Source: a virus | Taxonomy: Duplodnaviria; Caudoviricetes | Reading direction: 5' to 3' (one strand) | Virus record (IMG/VR): IMGVR_UViG_3300011008_000028 | Length of the DNA: 64,000 nt | Part shown: one piece after another, positions 57,387 to 64,000 of the stretch | Layout: each line of letters starts with the position of its first letter | How positions within the stretch are numbered: the first letter of the stretch is position 1 | The notes under the pieces: generated by a model | Seen by the model: the letters and a program-made list of their open reading frames with translations, nothing else | Databases searched by the model: none | Told to the model about the DNA's origin: nothing | Translations under genes and position numbers: made by a program

Positions 57387-58274
57387 TTAGCCGAGTATAG
57401 AAGTGCCGTCTGTGTTTGCATTTTCCACAAGGTATGTGATTGCGGATTCATTGATCACAATACCATGACCTGTGCGGATCACCTTTGCAAATTCGGTGAA
57501 GGGTTGTGCAAGATTGAGTGCTCTGTTCATCTCGTACATGGTTGCTTCACGAATTGCAATGTTAAGAAGATCGTCTTTATGAGTATGCTCTACATTTTCC
57601 TTGAGATTCTTCTGGAGATAGTCAAAGCATGCGAGAACAACGGACTCACCAACAGGAGTATCCGGAGTATCAAATGTCATATCATTCTTCTCCTTCTCAC
57701 CTTCAATGAGCTCAGATACATCATTCACGATCTTTGCAATGGTCTTCTTCTTAAGTTCATCGACGAAAGATTCGTAATCCCCGTCCTGCTTGATATCAAC
57801 CAGCTGGCTCTGGATATCATCTGTATCTTCGCTGGGCTCATCTACAGTCGGAAGCTCTTCGTTGTTGGCTTCAGCATCCTTAAGCTCTTCTTCAGCTTCT
57901 TTCAGATACACATCTCCAATGAGATCTGTGTTACGAATTACGAACTCAAGCATTGGTGCCTTGGTCTTCTCATAGGCAGACGTAAGATACTGTGTCGGGG
58001 AATCACCCTTTACAGCAAGCATCTTGTCGACATCATCTCTGAGAATTCCCATGTGACCCGCCTTCCATTCATCATCCAACGGAAGAATCTTGGCATAGAT
58101 ATCCAGTATGATATGCTTTCTGCACTTGTCCTTGAGAGCAGCGCAGTTATCTCCACATACCTTATGGAACTGAATTACCTGGTTCTTAGGGAATTCGATC
58201 GGCTGAGCAGGCTGGTCCTGATTTAAGTTTGCCTTAAGTGTATCGTAAAATTGTGTGAGAGTATTAGGTTCCAT
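57387..58274 (-). CDS. Hypothetical protein
   Basis: 295-aa ORF with GGAGG SD. Confidence 0.75.
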   Translation of the reverse strand: MEPNTLTQFYDTLKANLNQDQPAQPIEFPKNQVIQFHKVCGDNCAALKDKCRKHIILDIYAKILPLDDEWKAGHMGILRDDVDKMLAVKGDSPTQYLTSAYEKTKAPMLEFVIRNTDLIGDVYLKEAEEELKDAEANNEELPTVDEPSEDTDDIQSQLVDIKQDGDYESFVDELKKKTIAKIVNDVSELIEGEKEKNDMTFDTPDTPVGESVVLACFDYLQKNLKENVEHTHKDDLLNIAIREATMYEMNRALNLAQPFTEFAKVIRTGHGIVINESAITYLVENANTDGTSILG

Positions 58275-58310
58275 TATTACACCTCCATGGGTTATTTGTT
58301 ACTAAGGTGG

Positions 58311-61070
58311 TTAGACCTCCTCGGTTATTTCGATCGAGTCAATATCTGCTCTGATTATCTCAGGTACAGCATTTTGTAGCTGATACTGATTCATATCAGA
58401 TATCGGATATTTAATGAATATACTTTGCATATTCGCATCCCGATCATTAAATCCTAAGAATCGAATGTATTTTACATTCGGATGGTTGGTATAGATGTTA
58501 TGAATTACATCTGATGCATGGATATCAGTGTTGTCCGAATTCAATGCTTCAAATGTTTTGATGATTTCATTCTTCACATCTAATACTGTTTGAGTATACA
58601 ATGATCTGTCATATACAGCAATACGCAGTTTCACATTGACATACACATTGTCCAAAAGCAGTGTGGAATTCCTGAGGACAGGATCCCCATCCATAGGACC
58701 GATGTAATAGTTGGAAGATCTGCCATATGTGTTATACAGCTTCATATCAATGTAATCATTCCCGTTCAACTTGTTCAAAACAGGCTTCATTGCAGCATAC
58801 TGTGTTGAGAATGCCGTCACGAAGTATTTCATCTTTTCCTCATCCAACGGGATATCGTATCTCAACATTGGGATCATCGATGCATTGATTACATATGACC
58901 CATTTGACCCTTCAAATGAAATCGTTGATCTCATCATTGTCATTGGGTTATACAACACCAATGACCGGTGATCATTCCGGAAACGGTTTGTAATCATATA
59001 CCCTGCATATGTTGGGTTATCATACAGGGTAGTTGTTGAAGGATGAGCTGGGTCATCCATCAGGCATATGAAGCTGAATGATGCTTCTTCAGCGTCAATG
59101 AATACCTTGCCTGAGTTTTCCCTATCATCAGTGATCAGAGATATCATCCCAGAGGTCTTATTGAGATCAACTTCCATCAACATATCGGAACGCAGATTAT
59201 CTGTAACTGCAATATCACATGCAAACACATATGATCCAGAGCTACGTTTGGTGACAGGCGTCATCTCAATGTAACCAGTATCACCAAACTCATCCGTTCT
59301 GCATACCAATACCAATCTCAGATTGTTATCAGACTGCTCTGTCTCACCTTTCAAAGACTCGACATATTCCATTGATGTATCTGAGGTTACTGTAGGAACA
59401 CATATGACTTCAATGTGATACATGTTGTTATGCTTATTGGACAGAGTACGCTCAATGCTGAACTGAGCGAGCTGAAATTGGTAGAATGAAGTTGTATTGG
59501 TAATCTCATCTTCCGGCATCGATGTATGATCTATCAGGTAATTATAGTTCTGACTGATGTTCGGATCTCTGTATATTCGGATGAAGAATGGGTTTACGAA
59601 TATGAACGGTCTGGAGTCAGTGATAACCGGAATATCCGTGTCTGAGATCATTACATCTGGAATCATCTTCACAGTGTTTCTGGATACTGAATTTTCAGTA
59701 TCGTTGTATTCCCAAAGATGGCCGGGCTTAATGATGAATTCATTTGCATTTCCGTTGCTGTCGTAATTCACAATGTCTGCTTCCGCCTGCTGCACAACGA
59801 TGTTCAGGGTATTCGTAGGATACATGTAGCTGTCATCGGTTATGGCAATGAACTGGGAGAAGAGACGGCCGGATGGATCATCCCTGCGCTTGAAGAAAGT
59901 TGCCTTTGTCCCATATCGTTTAGCATAGTTTTCAAACCACATTTGAAGATCGTTGTCTGTTGTCAACACGTTTGTCGTAGTATATGCCAGGTGGATATCA
60001 TCACGCAACTGCTCAATATCTCCCTTGTCGGCACCGATTACGGATGCACTATAACAGAATGCATTCATTCGGGTATCATCGTTGTATGAATACCGTTCTC
60101 CCTTTGTGACGTCCAATGCGGTCTTGCTATTGTATGAATTGAAGTTTGCACTCTTTCCGTTACATGTATAAATAGTATACTCAACTTTGGAATTGAACTC
60201 CGGTGCCCAATATCCTTCATTGCTACAGAATGAAAGAGCAATAGTATAGTCATCGATGAAATGATACCAAGCAAATGGCTCTGTATCTGCTTTGGTATAT
60301 TGAGGCTTAAGCTTCATAGGAAGTCTTTGTCCGGATGGGCTGATGTATATCAGATCAAGACCCGCAATTTGATTCACCCATTTCAGAATAATGTCTGAGT
60401 TGGTCGTCAGTGTATTATCTGTAATGGATTCATCATCTATCTTCCTATCGAACTGCTGTAAGTTCACAAACAGTACCAGCCATCCGATGCTTGTTACAGC
60501 ATGCTTGATGAACTTGGTTGTATTATTTGCAATTACACAAGGTTCATCTGTATTATAGTATACATTGAAGACCCTTTTCCCATCGATGTACGTGAAATCG
60601 ATATAGATGTCGTAGTTCGGACGATACTTAGATTTGTCTATAACGATTGCTGTATCGCGATCGAGAATGTACCTCATCGTACTTGTATTGGGAACAGGCT
60701 GGGCAAATTCCAGAACATCATCCAGATTCAGTTGCAGAGCAAATGATGCAACAGCTGGTGTTGCAAATGTATAGCCCAGTTCAAACAATGCACCGTGGGC
60801 ATATATCGAACTTGGCAATTGAGCTTTGGTAATGAATGATTCATTCATCATCAATGCTGCTGTGGCAACAGAGTCCTCGATTCCCTGAGATACATACTCC
60901 GCATGTATACCATTCAATGATAAGTTTGAATTACTTAGGATAAGATCTGGGAATGCCTTGGCAATAAGCACTTCTTCCAGATACTCTTTGATTGCCATAT
61001 TTTCCGTATAATTACGGATTATTACATCATTATCTCCAATTTTCTCCAACATCTTATCATCTCCTCTCAT
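58311..61070 (-). CDS. Putative baseplate wedge protein
   Basis: NESFITKAQLPSSIY..G...GY...PA, Y.CNG..AN and G.D...IEQLR...VLTTDNDL resemble T4 gp6/baseplate-J-like wedge motifs. Confidence 0.7.
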   Translation of the reverse strand: MRGDDKMLEKIGDNDVIIRNYTENMAIKEYLEEVLIAKAFPDLILSNSNLSLNGIHAEYVSQGIEDSVATAALMMNESFITKAQLPSSIYAHGALFELGYTFATPAVASFALQLNLDDVLEFAQPVPNTSTMRYILDRDTAIVIDKSKYRPNYDIYIDFTYIDGKRVFNVYYNTDEPCVIANNTTKFIKHAVTSIGWLVLFVNLQQFDRKIDDESITDNTLTTNSDIILKWVNQIAGLDLIYISPSGQRLPMKLKPQYTKADTEPFAWYHFIDDYTIALSFCSNEGYWAPEFNSKVEYTIYTCNGKSANFNSYNSKTALDVTKGERYSYNDDTRMNAFCYSASVIGADKGDIEQLRDDIHLAYTTTNVLTTDNDLQMWFENYAKRYGTKATFFKRRDDPSGRLFSQFIAITDDSYMYPTNTLNIVVQQAEADIVNYDSNGNANEFIIKPGHLWEYNDTENSVSRNTVKMIPDVMISDTDIPVITDSRPFIFVNPFFIRIYRDPNISQNYNYLIDHTSMPEDEITNTTSFYQFQLAQFSIERTLSNKHNNMYHIEVICVPTVTSDTSMEYVESLKGETEQSDNNLRLVLVCRTDEFGDTGYIEMTPVTKRSSGSYVFACDIAVTDNLRSDMLMEVDLNKTSGMISLITDDRENSGKVFIDAEEASFSFICLMDDPAHPSTTTLYDNPTYAGYMITNRFRNDHRSLVLYNPMTMMRSTISFEGSNGSYVINASMIPMLRYDIPLDEEKMKYFVTAFSTQYAAMKPVLNKLNGNDYIDMKLYNTYGRSSNYYIGPMDGDPVLRNSTLLLDNVYVNVKLRIAVYDRSLYTQTVLDVKNEIIKTFEALNSDNTDIHASDVIHNIYTNHPNVKYIRFLGFNDRDANMQSIFIKYPISDMNQYQLQNAVPEIIRADIDSIEITEEV

Positions 61071-62989
61071 TTAGATTTAAATAGATTCGTATCACTACGG
61101 ACACTAGCAGTATCTTTTCTGAACTTAAGACGGATGGATTCAATATCCTTCCCGCTGCTGTATACATGGTTATTACCCTTGGCCATTGTTGGTTCCTTTT
61201 CAATAAGCTCGATGTATGGAGCTCCTACTAATGGCCTTGCACTTCCAGGTAGGAAATGATCATATGATTGATCCCATGTAACACCACCGGTGATTCCTGC
61301 GGCCTGATTGAATTCCATTAATGCAATAGGACTTAGGTCTTGTTTGAATGAATATGCAAAGGATATATCAAGCTTAGGGGTACCTTGATCACCGCCCATA
61401 TCAAAGCCTAAAGCAGAAGCACCTGTTGTTAGAGGGAATATACCATAGTATTTCGTCCAATACAGAACATCTTCTCCATCAGGTCCTACTTTAAATACAT
61501 ATGCAGAAGCAGCATAGTCTAGAGCTTTATCATGTACATGACAGTGTTTTCCGGGTATTGTCAGAGGATATGTTTCTCCTTCCTTCGGTCCATAGAATGG
61601 AACCATTGCTCCCCTAGATACATTGTCGATATAAGTTATCCATAATTTGATTAGATTGATTATGGAATAATCATTAGTTTCATTGAAAGTGCAAGAAAAT
61701 TCTCCAGCGAATCTTCCGGTATATCCATCTCCATATACCATCTTATGATCGTTCCATGACTTTCCAACCTCGAGTTTGTTAAGCCCTTCAGAAGTAAGCT
61801 GGAATGATGTACACTGGTTGGATAGTAACATATTGAAGTTATTTCCATCTTCCATCTTCTCTCCATCACACAGTAATCTTATCAGATCAGGATGACGACG
61901 GTATATCATTTGCACCTCGCTCTGTTTACTAACCTGATCAGCAACATGACTTGCATCGTCCATCAGATATAAATCTGGTCTGGTGAAGAAGACATGTGTG
62001 AATGTTCTGTTATGAGCTAATCCAAGGTCAGGCGTCTTGAAACGGTTATACATATAATATTTCACGTTTCTTTCCAGATCAGGATTACCATGAACCTGAA
62101 TGCCGTATTGCATATGAACTTTAGTTAGCAACTCTTCTAGACTTTTAGCAGGACCGGATTTAAGTCTAGGATCATTAGGGATGAAACGGTAATCATACTT
62201 GGCAGCATTACTGCCAGATGGGCCCTGTAATAGTACAGGATAGTTATTACCGTTTTGGATCAGGGTCTTATCCCCGTTGAGCATTTCTTTCTTTCGACCA
62301 CTTTCTTGCCATGAAGTTTTATGCTTTGCCTGATACACAGGATACCTTTTCATGTTATGCGGCGTCGTAGCATACTTACTGGGCTTCACAGATACCTGCT
62401 GATATGTAGGAGTAGAACGATCTGCATCACCTGAAAACATTGAAGAGGATATCTTGGCAGTTTTAGGCCAACTTACTTTTGTTTCTTTACTGGATTTGCC
62501 AGCAGTACTCTTTCCACCTTTAGCCCAGTTAGAACTTTTCTTGGATGGAGCATATGCTCCTCCCCCTTTACCACCAGCAGTGGTACCGTTCTTCTGAGCT
62601 TCTTTCATTGCAGCCGCAGCTAGTTCAAGCATCTTTGTTGCAGCCGACTTCATCTTTTCTTCACCGCTCTTAGTTGGAGCAGGTGGCTGAGGTTCCTCAG
62701 GAGGAACTTCTACTTTTGTCTCATCTGTTTTATGGACATTCGATGCAATGTCCTGAGGCTGTACTTGCCATACAACAACCCCCGAGTTTGAACACACAAC
62801 CTTGGTCACCTTCTGAGGAAGACCAAACTTTCCCCCGGTTGACCATTCTTCTACTATATTAGTTACGGTGGCCCATAATGGACCTCCTTCACCATACATA
62901 CTTCCAGCTTTAGCAGTAACACCATTTGTGACATCCATTCCGCTTGCACGGATTTGGACTCTATCGCCTACTTTAACGCTGTCAGCCAT
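61067..62989 (-). CDS. Putative tail-tube-like/baseplate protein with N-terminal SH3-like domain
   Basis: The likely start is MADSVK at 62989. A Lys-rich linker leads to a C-terminal HVFFTRPDL...FSCTFNE...W..YI...YGIFP...ISFAY tube-like domain. Confidence 0.6.
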   Translation of the reverse strand: MADSVKVGDRVQIRASGMDVTNGVTAKAGSMYGEGGPLWATVTNIVEEWSTGGKFGLPQKVTKVVCSNSGVVVWQVQPQDIASNVHKTDETKVEVPPEEPQPPAPTKSGEEKMKSAATKMLELAAAAMKEAQKNGTTAGGKGGGAYAPSKKSSNWAKGGKSTAGKSSKETKVSWPKTAKISSSMFSGDADRSTPTYQQVSVKPSKYATTPHNMKRYPVYQAKHKTSWQESGRKKEMLNGDKTLIQNGNNYPVLLQGPSGSNAAKYDYRFIPNDPRLKSGPAKSLEELLTKVHMQYGIQVHGNPDLERNVKYYMYNRFKTPDLGLAHNRTFTHVFFTRPDLYLMDDASHVADQVSKQSEVQMIYRRHPDLIRLLCDGEKMEDGNNFNMLLSNQCTSFQLTSEGLNKLEVGKSWNDHKMVYGDGYTGRFAGEFSCTFNETNDYSIINLIKLWITYIDNVSRGAMVPFYGPKEGETYPLTIPGKHCHVHDKALDYAASAYVFKVGPDGEDVLYWTKYYGIFPLTTGASALGFDMGGDQGTPKLDISFAYSFKQDLSPIALMEFNQAAGITGGVTWDQSYDHFLPGSARPLVGAPYIELIEKEPTMAKGNNHVYSSGKDIESIRLKFRKDTASVRSDTNLFKSK

Positions 62990-63050
62990 GGGAAACCACC
63001 TCCTAATAATATTTAACATTAATGAAGAGTAAAGGAGGTTGGGCTGAATT

Positions 63051-64000
63051 ATGAGTGAATTAAGAAATAAACGCGTCCAAGTAATCCGTACATATATCGA
63101 TCCTACTGCACCGTCCATACCGGTGTATGATTACGATGAAATATATCCGGTTACTACATATGACGCAGTCCGGAAAACAACGGACGAATATTCAACCACA
63201 CTTACAGCCGAGCTTGAAGCAATATACAGACTGATTTCAGAGAAACAGGAAAAGGTCTTTGGCGGAACAAATGGTACACTCATGACATGGACAACTTCTG
63301 CCGGTGTCATTGGTGAGACCGAAATTGTTCGTACCATTGCATCAGAGCCATCTGATCGTTCGTACAAAAAAGTTGTTTCGGAGCGAGCAGCGGGTGCAGC
63401 ACTTGATCTCAAGGTTGGGTATACTGATTTCAATTCTCATGTTCGAGATGGTGATATTCATATCACTGCTGCAGAACGTAGCAGATGGAATGAAATGACA
63501 CCTATCTCTGCGTTCAGAGAACACAGTGGAGATTCTGATATTCATATTACAGCAGAAGAACGGACAGAATGGAATGCGAAAGCATCCCAGTCCGATTTTG
63601 ATTCTCATCTTGCGAATAAGAATAACCCACACTCTGTAACAGCTCATCAGATCGGTGCATATACCCGTTCTGAAATTGATGAACTCTTTGCCAATATCAG
63701 AGAGACATTCTTCAACTACAGAAACATCCAGTATGATGACAGACGGAATATTGCAACATTGGAAGAATATGATCCTGAAGCATGGAATCCGAACTACGTC
63801 CTAGCATATGGAGATGCTCTACCTGAGCCTTCTAATACAGCGTTGACGTATTTCGCCCTTCGTCCATTGACGGACTACTCTCTGAATGAGACTCAGGACT
63901 GTACCATCTGGATGAAGAAGCCGGGTCTTGCATGGCAGAACGTTGGTCTTGTTTCAATGGAAGCTGGAGACATGGTTATCCGTTATCCAGATACGACAAT
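63051..64000 (+). CDS. Tail-fibre-like protein, truncated at window end (not in the ORF track)
   Basis: ATG 63051 after AAAGGAGG gives MSELRNK...YIDPTAP...YPVTTYDAVRK...DIHITAAER..WN x2...NNPHSVT. Paralogous to the N-terminus of 4179..9434. Confidence 0.8.
   Translation, partial: MSELRNKRVQVIRTYIDPTAPSIPVYDYDEIYPVTTYDAVRKTTDEYSTTLTAELEAIYRLISEKQEKVFGGTNGTLMTWTTSAGVIGETEIVRTIASEPSDRSYKKVVSERAAGAALDLKVGYTDFNSHVRDGDIHITAAERSRWNEMTPISAFREHSGDSDIHITAEERTEWNAKASQSDFDSHLANKNNPHSVTAHQIGAYTRSEIDELFANIRETFFNYRNIQYDDRRNIATLEEYDPEAWNPNYVLAYGDALPEPSNTALTYFALRPLTDYSLNETQDCTIWMKKPGLAWQNVGLVSMEAGDMVIRYPDTT

Noticed and set aside
1-64000. CRISPR array, transposase or reverse transcriptase
   Set aside because: No regularly spaced direct repeats were found, and no RT (YxDD in RT context) or transposase motifs were recognised in the ORF track.

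Overview
This window is a 64-kb segment of a large myovirus-type (jumbo) phage of the AR9/PBS1-like kind, which encodes its own multisubunit RNA polymerase. The strong Shine-Dalgarno sites and MucBP-like domains suggest a Firmicute host (inference). It contains a major capsid protein, terminase, tail sheath and tube, baseplate and tail-fibre genes, two RNAP subunit fragments, DnaB and SF2 helicases, a 5'-3' exonuclease, Tmk, ThyX, a DHH phosphoesterase and six tRNAs. Five results stand out. (1) The window starts with the 3' end of a DGR-type target gene (variable region, tail, hairpin). Two further non-coding, independently diversified copies of that variable region lie at about 30.7 kb and 41.6 kb. 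They share an identical 32-nt leader that can pair with the GC-rich 3' element. No reverse transcriptase or template repeat is in the window. (2) The RNAP beta C-terminal gene is split by two tandem group I introns around a 14-nt micro-exon that restores KPIRFGEYETP. The second intron appears to lack its 5' P1-P3 part. (3) A Gly-starting class 3 mini-intein sits in the helicase Walker A motif. (4) A family of about 17 near-perfect intergenic palindromes is present. (5) Two large mosaic putative head proteins share a module, and one also has transglutaminase-like and NUDIX domains. All calls come from reading the sequence; no database searches were run.
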